Below, piece after piece: positions 28,033-38,496 of a DNA stretch of 64,000 nt (position 1 is the first letter of the stretch; each line of letters begins with the position of its first letter). The DNA comes from Polaromonas sp. (GTDB taxonomy: Bacteria > Pseudomonadota > Gammaproteobacteria > Burkholderiales > Burkholderiaceae_C), in contig JANPIC010000133.1 in the NCBI GenBank assembly GCA_031424795.1, positions 12,634 to 76,633 on the forward strand, written 5' to 3'. The notes under the pieces were generated by a model. That model ran no database searches and was not told where the DNA came from. It saw only the letters and a list, made by a program, of their open reading frames with translations. A program made the position numbers and the translations under genes.

Positions 28033-30378
28033 TTGCTGATGACCTATTCTCTAAATACGCTTAACAACACGCAATCAAGTTCTGAGCCCTCCGCAGCTGA
28101 GCGATTTATTCAAGAAGTTGCCTTGGTCTTAGGTGGGTTGGTACTTGTTTTTTGGGTGTTGTCACTGCTGAGCTACACGAGTAACGATGCGGCGTGGTCA
28201 ACCACTGGTTTAGGCACGACAACTCAAAATTGGGGTGGTCGCATTGGTGCGAATGTTGCGGATTTGAGTTATTATTTTTTTGGCTTCTCAATTTGGTGGT
28301 GTATCGCTGCGCTGGCTAGTGCATGGCTTGCGTGGTTGGCGTCTTGGATGCGTCACGAAAAAATGCATCAAACATTTTTGCAAGACCAGCCGAGGTTTTA
28401 CATGTCAGTACGTGTGCGATTTTGGCTTGGCTTGGTTCTGTTGCTAGGCGTTAGTACAGCGATAGAGTGGGCGCGCTTGTACCGATTTGAGCCACATTTG
28501 CCTGGCCATGCTGGTGGTGTTTTAGGATACATTTTGGGCCGATTTAGCGTTGCTTCGCTGGGCTTTACGGGTGCTGCATTGGCTTGCATCGGCGTAGGTG
28601 TGATGGCCGCATCGATGGTGTTTAATTTTTCTTGGAGCAAAACTGCTTCTAGGCTGGGCGAGTGGCTAGAAGCCTTTATTGCAGCACGGCGACAAAAAAG
28701 TGAAGTGGCGCAAGACATGGCACTCGGCAAAGCTGCAGCGCGTGAACGCGAGGTGGATTTGCAAGATGAGCGCGTAGTGATTGCGGATCATCACCCCACA
28801 CCTGTGCGTATTGAGCCTGTGCTGGCCGAGGCGCCGCCTAGCTTGCGAGTGGCAAAAGAGCGTCAAAAGCCTTTGTTCACCGATATGCTGGACAGCAAAT
28901 TGCCGCAGGTTGATTTGTTAGATGGTCAAGTTACTCGCCAAGAAACCGTGTCTCCAGAAACTTTAGAGATGACCTCGCGCTTGATCGAGAAAAAACTCAA
29001 AGACTTTGGTGTCGAAGTTCGCGTTGTTTTGGCCTCACCTGGTCCTGTCATTACCCGCTATGAAATCGAACCTGCCGTTGGTGTCAAGGGCTCACAAATT
29101 GTGGGTTTGGCCAAAGACTTAGCGCGTTCGCTCAGTTTGGTGTCGATTCGCGTGGTCGAGACGATTCCTGGCAAAAACTACATGGCCTTGGAGTTGCCCA
29201 ATGCGCGACGTCAATCTATCAAACTCAGTGAAATTTTGGGTTCGGACGTCTATAACGAAGCCAAATCTTTGCTCACCATGGGCTTGGGTAAAGACATCAT
29301 TGGCAATGCGGTGGTGGTTGATTTGGCAAAAATGCCACACGTTTTAGTGGCTGGTACAACGGGCTCGGGTAAATCAGTTGGTATCAACGCCATGATTTTG
29401 TCTTTGCTCTACAAAGCTGAAGCATGCGATGTGCGACTGTTGATGATTGACCCAAAAATGCTTGAAATGAGTGTTTACGAAGGCATTCCGCACCTTTTGG
29501 CTCCGGTCGTGACCGACATGCGCCAAGCCGCGCACGGCTTGAACTGGTGTGTGGCTGAAATGGAGCGACGCTATAAGCTGCTCAGCAAAATGGGTGTGCG
29601 TAACTTGGCGGGCTACAACGCCAAAATTGACGAAGCGAAAGCGCGCGAAGAGTTCATTTACAACCCGTTCAGCTTGACGCCTGAGTCACCTGAGCCGCTA
29701 GGTCGGGAACCGCACATCGTGGTGGTGATCGACGAGTTGGCTGATTTGATGATGGTTGTAGGCAAGAAAATCGAGGAATTAATAGCACGCTTGGCACAAA
29801 AGGCGAGGGCTGCAGGTATTCATTTGATTTTGGCGACGCAACGCCCCAGTGTGGATGTGATTACCGGTTTGATCAAAGCCAACATCCCTACACGTATTTC
29901 CTTCCAAGTTAGCAGCAAAATAGATAGCCGGACTATTTTGGACCAAATGGGTGCAGAGGCGCTTTTGGGCATGGGCGACATGCTTTATATGGCCAGCGGC
30001 ACGGGGCTGCCCATCCGTGTGCACGGCGCGTATGTCAGCGACGAAGAGGTGCACCGCGTTGTATCTTATCTAAAGAGTCAAGGCGAGCCGGATTATATTG
30101 AAGGCGTGCTGGAAGGCGGAACGGCCGATGGTGATGGTGAATTACTGGATGGTATGGGTGGTAACGGTGGCAGCAATGAAAAAGACCCTATGTACGACCA
30201 GGCTGTCGAGGTGGTTTTGAAGAACCGCAAAGCCAGTATTTCACTCGTTCAACGGCATTTAAAAATTGGCTATAACCGAGCAGCAAGATTGGTGGAAGAT
30301 ATGGAAAAAGCAGGCATGGTCAGCGCGATGAGCAGCAACGGGCAGCGAGAAATTTTGGTGCCGCAGCGTGCGGAGTAA
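28033..30378 (+). CDS. ftsK: DNA translocase FtsK
   Basis: N-terminal TM helices, a linker, the motor domain with GTTGSGKS and the C-terminal gamma wHTH ([21 protein letters not shown]). The start could be TTG 28033 or ATG 28039. Confidence 0.95.
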   Translation: MLMTYSLNTLNNTQSSSEPSAAERFIQEVALVLGGLVLVFWVLSLLSYTSNDAAWSTTGLGTTTQNWGGRIGANVADLSYYFFGFSIWWCIAALASAWLAWLASWMRHEKMHQTFLQDQPRFYMSVRVRFWLGLVLLLGVSTAIEWARLYRFEPHLPGHAGGVLGYILGRFSVASLGFTGAALACIGVGVMAASMVFNFSWSKTASRLGEWLEAFIAARRQKSEVAQDMALGKAAAREREVDLQDERVVIADHHPTPVRIEPVLAEAPPSLRVAKERQKPLFTDMLDSKLPQVDLLDGQVTRQETVSPETLEMTSRLIEKKLKDFGVEVRVVLASPGPVITRYEIEPAVGVKGSQIVGLAKDLARSLSLVSIRVVETIPGKNYMALELPNARRQSIKLSEILGSDVYNEAKSLLTMGLGKDIIGNAVVVDLAKMPHVLVAGTTGSGKSVGINAMILSLLYKAEACDVRLLMIDPKMLEMSVYEGIPHLLAPVVTDMRQAAHGLNWCVAEMERRYKLLSKMGVRNLAGYNAKIDEAKAREEFIYNPFSLTPESPEPLGREPHIVVVIDELADLMMVVGKKIEELIARLAQKARAAGIHLILATQRPSVDVITGLIKANIPTRISFQVSSKIDSRTILDQMGAEALLGMGDMLYMASGTGLPIRVHGAYVSDEEVHRVVSYLKSQGEPDYIEGVLEGGTADGDGELLDGMGGNGGSNEKDPMYDQAVEVVLKNRKASISLVQRHLKIGYNRAARLVEDMEKAGMVSAMSSNGQREILVPQRAE

Positions 30379-30385
30379 GTTAAGC

Positions 30386-31069
30386 ATGTTTAAATATTTT
30401 GCTATGTTATTTGTAGCTGTTCAGGCAATAAATACGCCGGCTGCAGGATTAAATGCACTTGAAAACTTTTTGAAATCTACGCAATCTGGTAAAGCTGAGT
30501 TCAGCCAAGTGGTAACTAGCCCAGCTAAGACGGAAGCCAAATCGGAATCTAAGTCCGATTCAGCTGAAAAATCAGTTGCCAAAGTCAAAACCTCTAGCGG
30601 CACATTTGAATTTTCACGACCTAATCGGTTTAAGTTTGTTTACAAAAAGCCGTTCGAGCAAACCATCGTCGCCGATGGCACCACGCTGTGGTTGTTTGAC
30701 GTAGATTTGAACCAAGTCACCGCCAGAAAGCAAGCCCAAGCTTTAGGCTCTACACCTGCAGCTTTGATAGCCACGGCCGCGAGTTTGAAGGCTTTGGAAG
30801 CTGAATTCAAACTGCAAGACGCGCCTGATGCCAATGGTCTGCAATGGGTGATTGCCACCCCAAAAGCCAAAGACGGGCAGATTCAGAGCATCAAAGTTGG
30901 CTTGAAAGGTATGGCGGACACGGGTGTTTCGCTCTCGGTTCTAGAGATTTTGGATAGTTTCGGTCAGCGTTCGGTGATTAATTTTGCCAATATTGAGCGA
31001 AATGTAACTTTTAGCGCTGACAACTTCAATTTCAAACCGCCAGTGGGAGCGGATGTGATTCGGCAATAA
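30386..31069 (+). CDS. lolA: Outer-membrane lipoprotein carrier protein LolA
   Basis: Signal peptide, then LENFLKSTQSGKAEFSQ... Conserved ftsK-lolA-rarA order. The signal peptide is encoded by repeat copy H. Confidence 0.85.
   Translation: MFKYFAMLFVAVQAINTPAAGLNALENFLKSTQSGKAEFSQVVTSPAKTEAKSESKSDSAEKSVAKVKTSSGTFEFSRPNRFKFVYKKPFEQTIVADGTTLWLFDVDLNQVTARKQAQALGSTPAALIATAASLKALEAEFKLQDAPDANGLQWVIATPKAKDGQIQSIKVGLKGMADTGVSLSVLEILDSFGQRSVINFANIERNVTFSADNFNFKPPVGADVIRQ
30397..30447 (+). repeat. Dispersed repeat, copy H (forward), encodes the LolA signal peptide
   Basis: ttttgctatgttatttgtagctgttcaggcaataaatacgccggctgcagg. The stop-generating TAG positions of the consensus are altered (TTcAGG, CTgcAGG). 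Confidence 0.85.
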
Positions 31070-31094
31070 GTCATCACTATCGAATTCAACTCAA

Positions 31095-32369
31095 ATGGTA
31101 AATACTCCGCCGCTGGCAGAGCGGATGCGCCCCACCAAGCTGTCTGAAGTCATTGGGCAGCAGCATATTTTGGGCGAAGGCATGGCGTTGCGCATTGCTT
31201 TTGAGTCTGGACAGCCACACAGCTGCATTCTTTGGGGGCCGCCTGGGGTGGGGAAGACGACGATCGCGCGGTTGATGGCGAATGCATTTGATGCGCAATT
31301 CATCACCATCAGTGCGACTTTGGGTGGTGTCAAAGACATTCGGGAAGCGGTTGAGCAAGCACTCATTTGGCAAGGTCAAGGCAAACGAACCATCGTGTTT
31401 GTGGACGAAGTACACCGCTTTAACAAAGCGCAGCAAGATGCGTTTTTGCCGCATGTGGAAAGCGGTTTATTGACCTTTATTGGCGCGACGACTGAGAACC
31501 CGTCGTTTGAAGTCAACTCCGCTTTGTTGTCCCGCGCTGCTGTTTACGTGTTGCAACCACTATCACCTGCTAATTTAGAGGAAATTATTGCTCTAGCCAG
31601 CGTATTTTCTGTCTCAATAGCTATAGATAAAGTAGCAATTGACAAATTGGTGGCGTATGCAGATGGTGATGCGAGACGCTTGCTCAACACGTTAGAGAAT
31701 CTCTACATCGCCGCTGAAAAGGAAAAGATAACGACGATCACGGATGCTTGGCTCACCCAAGTGTTAGGCGAGCGCATGCGCCGCTACGACAAAGGCGGCG
31801 AGCAGTTTTACGACACCATCAGCGCTTTGCACAAAAGCGTGCGTGGCTCAGACCCTGATGCGTCGTTGTACTGGTTTGTTCGCATGTTGGATGGTGGGGC
31901 AGACCCGCGCTACATGGCGCGCCGGCTGGTTCGCATGGCCAGTGAAGACATTGGTTTGGCGGATCCGCGTGCGCTATCCATGGCGCTAGATGCTGCCAAC
32001 ACCTACGAACGACTGGGTTCGCCCGAAGGCGAGTTGGCATTGGCGCAATGTGTGATTTATCTGGCAGTTGCTCCTAAGTCAAACGCGGTTTACAAAGCCT
32101 TCAACGCCGTCAAAGCGCACATCAAAAAAGACGGTACGCGACCTGTGCCCATGCATTTGCGCAATGCACCGACCAAGTTGATGAAAGAGCTGGACTATGG
32201 CAAAGGCTACCGTTATGCACATGACGAAGCCGACGGATTTGCCGCTGGCGAGCAATATTTACCAGATGGCATGAAAGATGCTTTGTTCTATGAACCTGTA
32301 GAACGCGGTTTGGAAATCAAGATTGCAGATAAGTTGCGGACGCTGAAAAAATTAAACGCAAGAAATTAA
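31095..32369 (+). CDS. rarA: Replication-associated recombination protein A (AAA+)
   Basis: LAERMRP...GPPGVGKTT, the VDEVHRFNKAQQD motif and a C-terminal MgsA domain. Confidence 0.9.
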   Translation: MVNTPPLAERMRPTKLSEVIGQQHILGEGMALRIAFESGQPHSCILWGPPGVGKTTIARLMANAFDAQFITISATLGGVKDIREAVEQALIWQGQGKRTIVFVDEVHRFNKAQQDAFLPHVESGLLTFIGATTENPSFEVNSALLSRAAVYVLQPLSPANLEEIIALASVFSVSIAIDKVAIDKLVAYADGDARRLLNTLENLYIAAEKEKITTITDAWLTQVLGERMRRYDKGGEQFYDTISALHKSVRGSDPDASLYWFVRMLDGGADPRYMARRLVRMASEDIGLADPRALSMALDAANTYERLGSPEGELALAQCVIYLAVAPKSNAVYKAFNAVKAHIKKDGTRPVPMHLRNAPTKLMKELDYGKGYRYAHDEADGFAAGEQYLPDGMKDALFYEPVERGLEIKIADKLRTLKKLNARN

Positions 32370-32580
32370 ATCAGTAAAGCAAATGGTGCAAAGACTAGAT
32401 AAGTAAATCTAATCATGCATTAATTGCATAGGGCTATTTGTTAATAGCAACGAATACATGAGAAATGCAAGGGTAAACCCACCCGTTTCTATGCTGCAAA
32501 TTTGCAATCGGTCGATACAATTGCGCACAGTTCGTGGAACGCCCTTTTTTGGGTCATATTAGACATATTGGAGTAATTAA

Positions 32581-33510
32581 ATGGAAGTCTTGCTACAACA
32601 GATCATCAACGGTCTGGTGCTGGGCAGCATGTATGCTTTGGTAGCTCTGGGTTACACCATGGTTTACGGCATTATTGGCCTGATCAATTTTGCGCACGGT
32701 GAGGTGCTGATGGTTGGCGCTATGACCAGCTGGTCCATTATTGGGTTGATGAAAGATGCAAGCCCTAACTTGCCAGGATGGCTGATTTTGCTGTTGGCAC
32801 TGCTGATTGCATGCGTCGTAGCAGCCACGCTTAACTATGTGATTGAGAAAGCAGCCTATCGTCCTTTGCGAAACAGCCCTAAACTGGCCCCGCTGATCAC
32901 GGCGATGGGCATGTCTTTGCTGTTGCAAACTTTGGCTCGCATTGTTTGGACGCCTAATCCTAAGCCATTCCCGTCTTTGCTTCCTTCAGAACCGATTGAA
33001 TTTGCTGGCGCAGTGATCACTGTGACGCAAGTACTTATCTTAGGTGTAACGGCTGTTTCATTGGCTGTTTTGATGTACACGGTGAATCACACCCGATTAG
33101 GCCGTGCGATGCGCGCCACGGCAGAGAACCCGCGCGTTGCAGGTTTGATGGGTGTTCGCCCAGATACAGTGATTTCAGCTACTTTTATTATTGGCGCGAT
33201 TTTGGCTGCGATTGCTGGAGTGATGTGGGCGGCGAACTACGGCACAGTGCAATACACCATGGGCTTTATGCCGGGACTGAAGGCTTTTGTGGCAGCCGTT
33301 TTTGGTGGCATCGGCAACTTGGGCGGTGCTGTAGTCGGTGGTCTTCTATTAGGCTTGATTGAGTCCATTGGCGCTGGCTATTTGGGTGATTTAACAGGTG
33401 GCGTCTTGGGAAGTCATTACACAGATATCTTTGCTTTCGTTGTGCTTATTTTGGTGCTGACTTTGCGTCCTTCTGGCTTGCTGGGGGAGAGGGTGGCTGA
33501 TCGAGCGTAG
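32581..33510 (+). CDS. livH: Branched-chain amino acid ABC transporter permease (LivH type)
   Basis: The MEVLLQQIINGLVLGSMYALVALGYTMVYG N-terminus is typical of LivH. Confidence 0.85.
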   Translation: MEVLLQQIINGLVLGSMYALVALGYTMVYGIIGLINFAHGEVLMVGAMTSWSIIGLMKDASPNLPGWLILLLALLIACVVAATLNYVIEKAAYRPLRNSPKLAPLITAMGMSLLLQTLARIVWTPNPKPFPSLLPSEPIEFAGAVITVTQVLILGVTAVSLAVLMYTVNHTRLGRAMRATAENPRVAGLMGVRPDTVISATFIIGAILAAIAGVMWAANYGTVQYTMGFMPGLKAFVAAVFGGIGNLGGAVVGGLLLGLIESIGAGYLGDLTGGVLGSHYTDIFAFVVLILVLTLRPSGLLGERVADRA

Positions 33511-33565
33511 GTGCTTTTCAAAAGTATCTGTATTGCACGACAACTTAAATATTGAGTAAAAAATC

Positions 33566-34642
33566 ATGACAAAAAATAAACTACCTATGTATATCGCTGG
33601 CGGCATACTATTAATAGTTCTGCCCTTTATTCTGCAAATGTTTGGCAATGCGTGGGTTCGCATTGCAGACGTTGCCTTGCTTTATGTTTTGCTAGCCGTG
33701 GGCTTAAATATTGTGGTGGGCTACGCCGGCTTGTTAGATTTAGGCTATGTGGCGTTCTTCGCTCTAGGGGCTTACATTTTTGCCCTGCTGGCATCGCCGC
33801 ATTTGACTGAAAATATACCAGCACTGGCAGAAATGTTCCCCAATGGCATTCATTTGTCGTTTTGGGTGATCGCCCCCATAGCGGCACTGTGCGCGGGGTT
33901 ATTGGGCATGCTCTTAGGTGCGCCTACGCTGAAGTTGCGTGGCGACTATTTGGCGATTGTTACTTTGGGCTTTGGCGAAATCATCCGCGTGTTTTTGAAC
34001 AACTTGGAAAGCCCGGTCAACATCACCAATGGCCCAAGAGGCATTTCAGGCATCGACTCGGTGAGTCTGTTTGGCCACGATTTTGCCAAAACGCTCAACA
34101 TTGCTGGTTTTAATATCAACTCGGTGACTTTGTACTACTTCTTGATTTTGGTGATGGTTCTCTTCACCATTCTCATCAGCCATCGTTTGGAATTATCCCG
34201 CATTGGCCGCGCTTGGATGGCGATTCGCGAAGACGAAATTGCCGCAAAAGCCATGGGCCTGAACACCCGCAATTTGAAGCTGTTGGCGTTTGGCATGGGT
34301 GCTACGTTTGGCGGACTGTCAGGTGCTATCTTTGCGGCTTTCCAAGGTTTTGTGTCTCCAGAGTCATTTGGTTTGATGGAATCCGTGATGATTGTTGCGA
34401 TGGTGGTTTTGGGTGGCATGGGTCACTTGCCTGGTGTGGTATTGGGTGCCGTTCTTTTGGCTGCTTTGCCTGAAGTTTTACGCTACGTTGCAGGGCCTTT
34501 GCAAGACATCAGCGGTGGGCGATTAGATGCCTCCATCTTGCGCCAACTCTTGATCGCTTTGGCCATGATTGGCGTGATGCTGATGCGTCCTCGGGGCTTG
34601 TGGCCTTCGCCTGAGCATGGCAAATCATTACAAACTAAATAA
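33566..34642 (+). CDS. livM: Branched-chain amino acid ABC transporter permease (LivM type)
   Basis: Polytopic, with GYAGLLDLGYVAFFALGAY. Operon context. Confidence 0.85.
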   Translation: MTKNKLPMYIAGGILLIVLPFILQMFGNAWVRIADVALLYVLLAVGLNIVVGYAGLLDLGYVAFFALGAYIFALLASPHLTENIPALAEMFPNGIHLSFWVIAPIAALCAGLLGMLLGAPTLKLRGDYLAIVTLGFGEIIRVFLNNLESPVNITNGPRGISGIDSVSLFGHDFAKTLNIAGFNINSVTLYYFLILVMVLFTILISHRLELSRIGRAWMAIREDEIAAKAMGLNTRNLKLLAFGMGATFGGLSGAIFAAFQGFVSPESFGLMESVMIVAMVVLGGMGHLPGVVLGAVLLAALPEVLRYVAGPLQDISGGRLDASILRQLLIALAMIGVMLMRPRGLWPSPEHGKSLQTK

Positions 34643-34657
34643 ACAGGAGAACATCAC

Positions 34658-35428
34658 ATGAGCGATACAGTTCTCAAAGTTGCGGGTATTTCTAAGCGTT
34701 TTGGTGGTTTACAAGCCTTAAGCGATGTCGGCATCACCATAGAGCGCGGCATGGTTTATGGGCTGATTGGCCCTAACGGTGCAGGCAAAACCACATTTTT
34801 CAATGTCATCACTGGTTTGTACACGCCCGATAGCGGCACGTTTGAGTTGGCTGGCAAGCCTTATCAACCAACAGCGGTTCACGAAGTGGCCAAGGCGGGT
34901 ATTGCGCGCACATTTCAAAACATTCGTTTGTTTGCAGAGATGACAGCGTTAGAGAACGTCATGGTTGGTCGCCATATCCGCACACACTCCGGCTTGTTTG
35001 GTGCTATTTTCAGAACCAGTAGCTTCAAATCTGAAGAAAAAGCGATTGCCAAACGCGCGCAAGAGTTGCTAGATTATGTAGGCATTGGGCAGCTGGCGGA
35101 CTACAAAGCGCGTACCTTGAGCTATGGTGACCAGCGCCGCTTAGAAATCGCCCGCGCTTTGGCGACCGATCCGCAATTGATCGCCTTAGACGAACCCGCT
35201 GCGGGTATGAATGCCACTGAAAAAGTGCAACTTCGTGCCTTGATTGACAAAATTCGCCACGACAACCGCACCATTTTGCTGATCGAGCATGACGTGAAGT
35301 TGGTCATGGGCTTGTGCGATCGCATCACCGTGTTGGACTACGGCAAGCAAATCGCCGAAGGTACAGCCAACGAAGTACGGGCTAACGAAAAAGTGATCTC
35401 GGCCTATTTGGGCACAGGTGGACACTAA
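34658..35428 (+). CDS. livG: Branched-chain amino acid ABC transporter ATP-binding protein (LivG type)
   Basis: Walker A GPNGAGKTT, signature LSYGDQRRLE and Walker B LIALDEPAAG. Confidence 0.9.
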   Translation: MSDTVLKVAGISKRFGGLQALSDVGITIERGMVYGLIGPNGAGKTTFFNVITGLYTPDSGTFELAGKPYQPTAVHEVAKAGIARTFQNIRLFAEMTALENVMVGRHIRTHSGLFGAIFRTSSFKSEEKAIAKRAQELLDYVGIGQLADYKARTLSYGDQRRLEIARALATDPQLIALDEPAAGMNATEKVQLRALIDKIRHDNRTILLIEHDVKLVMGLCDRITVLDYGKQIAEGTANEVRANEKVISAYLGTGGH

Positions 35429-35476
35429 GAGGTATGAAGTTGTCACGACGTGACACTGAGATTCAAGGAAACAAAC

Positions 35477-36193
35477 ATGGCAAATATTCTTCTCAAAGTA
35501 AGCGGACTCAAAGTGGGTTACGGCGGCATTCAGGCGGTTAAAGGGGTTGATTTTGAAGTGCACGAGGGCGAACTGGTCACCTTGATCGGCTCCAACGGCG
35601 CTGGCAAAACCACCACCATGAAAGCCATCACCGGCGGTTTGCCGTTTACCGAGGGCGACATTCAGTACTTGGGTAAAAGTATCAAAGGTCAAGGCGCTTG
35701 GGACTTGGTTCACCAAGGTCTAGCCATGGTTCCAGAAGGACGAGGCGTTTTCACCCGCATGACCATCTTGGAAAACTTGGCCATGGGCGCGTACATCCGC
35801 AACGACAAAGCTGAAATTGCAGCGGATGTGGACATGGTTTTTCAAACTTTCCCTCGCCTAAAAGAGCGCAAAGACCAGTTGGCCGGCACCATGAGCGGTG
35901 GCGAACAACAAATGCTAGCCATGGGCCGCGCCTTGATGAGCCGCCCGAAAGTGCTTTTGTTGGACGAGCCGTCGATGGGTTTATCGCCCATCATGGTCGA
36001 TAAAATTTTTGAAGTCGTCAAAGACGTGTCATCCAAAGGTGTCACCGTTTTGCTCGTCGAACAAAACGCCAGCCGCGCCCTTGGCATTGCAGACCGTGGC
36101 TATGTGATGGATTCAGGCTTGATCACCATGAGTGGCGATGCGAAGATCATGTTGAACGATCCGAAGGTTCGTGAAGCGTATTTGGGCGAATAA
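35477..36193 (+). CDS. livF: Branched-chain amino acid ABC transporter ATP-binding protein (LivF type)
   Basis: GSNGAGKTT, MSGGEQQML and LLLDEPSMGL. The ATG at 35477 is preceded by AAGGAAAC. Confidence 0.9.
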   Translation: MANILLKVSGLKVGYGGIQAVKGVDFEVHEGELVTLIGSNGAGKTTTMKAITGGLPFTEGDIQYLGKSIKGQGAWDLVHQGLAMVPEGRGVFTRMTILENLAMGAYIRNDKAEIAADVDMVFQTFPRLKERKDQLAGTMSGGEQQMLAMGRALMSRPKVLLLDEPSMGLSPIMVDKIFEVVKDVSSKGVTVLLVEQNASRALGIADRGYVMDSGLITMSGDAKIMLNDPKVREAYLGE

Positions 36194-36214
36194 ATCACCT
36201 TAAATGATGCTAGA

Positions 36215-36287
36215 TTTGCTATTTTTTGCTATAAATAATATAGCTGCTTAGGAAGTAAATACGCCGGCTAGAGGCGTATTTTTAGGC
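36215..36287 (+). repeat. Dispersed repeat, copy D (forward), intergenic after livF
   Basis: tttgctattttttgctataaataatatagctgcttaggaagtaaatacgccggctagaggcgtatttttagg, with hairpin AAATACGCC/GGCGTATTT. Confidence 0.9.
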
Positions 36288-36301
36288 TTGAATCAAAACT
36301 T

Positions 36302-37225
36302 TTAAAACGCCGACCCCAATGGCGTGGCTTTGGCAAATTTAGCCACTAAAAAATCCACAAAAGCCCGAACACGCGCCGCTGTTTGGTGGCGTTGGGGGTA
36401 GATGGCGTAGATGTCGGCAGGCGGCGTTTGGTAGTTTTCCAGCACTTGTTTGAGTCTGCCGCTACGCATGTATTTGGCAACGTCCCACTCCGCGCGCATC
36501 AGCAGGCCGTGGCCAGCCAAGGCCCAGTTCACAGCGATTTCGCCGTCGTTGGTGCTTAAATTACCCCTCACTTTGACGGTTTCTGTCTTAGCGCCTGCGC
36601 TGAGGTGCCAAGTACCGTAGGCTTCGTCGCCTTGGCGAATACCGATGCAGTTGTGCGCTGCCAATTCAGCGGGGGTTTTGGGCATACCATGTCGCTCTAA
36701 GTAGGCGGGGGCGGCACAAATCAATCGTCTGTTGGCGGCGATGCGTTTGGCAATCACGCGGTTGTCGGGCGGTTCGCCAAAACGAATGCACACGTCAAAC
36801 ACGTCTTCGCTCAAAAGCGGTGGGTTAACAGTCAGCTGCAATTGCACTTGTACGTCGGGCTGCATTTTGACGAATTCAGAAATCAGCGGCGCAATGTGGC
36901 TGCGGCCAAAGCCCAGCGTGGCATTCACGCGCAGCAAGCCTTTGGGGGCAGCCGTGCTGCTGGCGACTTGCTGCTCCATGTCGTCAATGTCCGCCAAGAT
37001 GCGCCTAGCATGGGCGAGGTAGATTTCCCCCTCAGGTGTCAAACCGCTGCGCCGCGTGGTGCGAATGAGCAGCTGCACACCCAGCCGTCCCTCTAGCAGC
37101 GCCAAGCGCTTGCTCACTGCAGGTTTTGAAATGCCCATTTCCCGTGCGGTGGCCGAAAAGCTGCCCGTTCTGGCCAACAAGCTGAAAAATGCCATTTCTG
37201 AAGGGGCAGATACGGGGGTAGACAT
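36302..37225 (-). CDS. LysR-family transcriptional regulator (DmlR-like, divergent from the dehydrogenase)
   Basis: N-terminal wHTH (FFSLLARTGSFSATAREMGISKPAVSKRLALLE). Confidence 0.85.
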   Translation of the reverse strand: MSTPVSAPSEMAFFSLLARTGSFSATAREMGISKPAVSKRLALLEGRLGVQLLIRTTRRSGLTPEGEIYLAHARRILADIDDMEQQVASSTAAPKGLLRVNATLGFGRSHIAPLISEFVKMQPDVQVQLQLTVNPPLLSEDVFDVCIRFGEPPDNRVIAKRIAANRRLICAAPAYLERHGMPKTPAELAAHNCIGIRQGDEAYGTWHLSAGAKTETVKVRGNLSTNDGEIAVNWALAGHGLLMRAEWDVAKYMRSGRLKQVLENYQTPPADIYAIYPQRHQTAARVRAFVDFLVAKFAKATPLGSAF

Positions 37226-37397
37226 GGGGTTGAATTATGACCAAAGAATACGGATTTGTTTGTTTTATTGTGCAGTCAAAGTAAACAATGACTTCATTTT
37301 TGCATACTTCATTAAATTTTACAGTACCTAGAATTTGTGCCTGACAGCAACCGTCTAACCAATTTTTTAACCTGTATTTCTTTTTTTGAAAGTAAAC

Positions 37398-38462
37398 ATG
37401 AAAACCTACAAAATAGCATGCATCCCCGGCGACGGCATTGGCAAAGAAGTCGTTCCAGCGGGGCAAACAGTGCTGGAGGCGCTGGCGATAGCAAGCAACT
37501 CGTTCAAATTTGAATTTGAAAACTTCGGCTGGGGTGGTGACTGGTACCGTGCCCACGGTGAGATGATGCCGCAAAACGGCTTGGACGCCTTACGCAACAA
37601 AGACGCGATTTTGTTTGGCTCTGCGGGTGACCCAGACATTCCTGATCACATCACCCTATGGGGCCTGCGTTTGAAAATTTGCCAGGGTTTTGACCAATAC
37701 GCCAACGTGCGTCCCACACGCATTTTGCCCGGCATTGATGGTCCGCTGAAAAAGTGCAAACCAGAAGACCTGAACTGGGTCATCGTGCGTGAAAACTCAG
37801 AAGGTGAATACTCTGGCGTGGGCGGTCGTGTGCACCAAGGCCACCCGACAGAAGCGGCGACCGACGTTTGCATGATGACGCGTGCCGGTGTGGAGCGCAT
37901 CATGCGCTTCGCCTTCAAACTGGCCGAATCACGCCCACGCAAGCTACTTACCGTGGTGACCAAATCCAACGCACAGCGCCACGCCATGGTGATGTGGGAC
38001 GAAATTGCATTGCAAATAAGTAAAGAATTCCCTGCTGTGACGTGGGACAAGGTGCTCGTAGATGCGGCGACTGACCGCATGGTCAACCGCCCAGCCACGT
38101 TGGACACCCTTGTAGCGACCAATTTGCATGCTGATATTTTGAGCGATTTGGCTGCCGCACTCGCCGGCAGCCTAGGCATTGCACCAACTGGCAATATCGA
38201 CCCAGAACGCCGCTACCCTAGCATGTTTGAGCCGATTCACGGCTCAGCTTTTGACATCATGGGCAAAGGTTTGGCCAACCCCGTTGGCACGTTTTGGAGC
38301 TGTGTGATGCTGCTAGAGCATTTGGGCGAAGCGGCAGCCGCTAAGAAGCTTATGGCTGTGATTGAACAAATCACGGCTGACAAGAGTTTGCACACCGGAG
38401 ACCTAGGTGGCAAAGCTACAACCGCGCAAGTCACGGCGGCTGTGGTGCAAGGTCTGAAGTAA
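37398..38462 (+). CDS. Tartrate dehydrogenase/decarboxylase or D-malate dehydrogenase (isopropylmalate/isocitrate dehydrogenase family)
   Basis: MKTYKIACIPGDGIGKEV..., VRENSEGEYSG and NLHADILSDLAAAL motifs. A TTG at 37386 is an alternative start. Confidence 0.85.
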   Translation: MKTYKIACIPGDGIGKEVVPAGQTVLEALAIASNSFKFEFENFGWGGDWYRAHGEMMPQNGLDALRNKDAILFGSAGDPDIPDHITLWGLRLKICQGFDQYANVRPTRILPGIDGPLKKCKPEDLNWVIVRENSEGEYSGVGGRVHQGHPTEAATDVCMMTRAGVERIMRFAFKLAESRPRKLLTVVTKSNAQRHAMVMWDEIALQISKEFPAVTWDKVLVDAATDRMVNRPATLDTLVATNLHADILSDLAAALAGSLGIAPTGNIDPERRYPSMFEPIHGSAFDIMGKGLANPVGTFWSCVMLLEHLGEAAAAKKLMAVIEQITADKSLHTGDLGGKATTAQVTAAVVQGLK

Positions 38463-38496
38463 TCATAAAACCCCGTATTTTTAAAGGAGACAAAAC

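Noticed and set aside
33566-33640. A possible 14th, highly degenerate repeat copy in the LivM N-terminus (tatatcgctggcggcatactattaatag).
   Set aside because: Too few matching positions to separate it from chance by eye. It needs a profile search.
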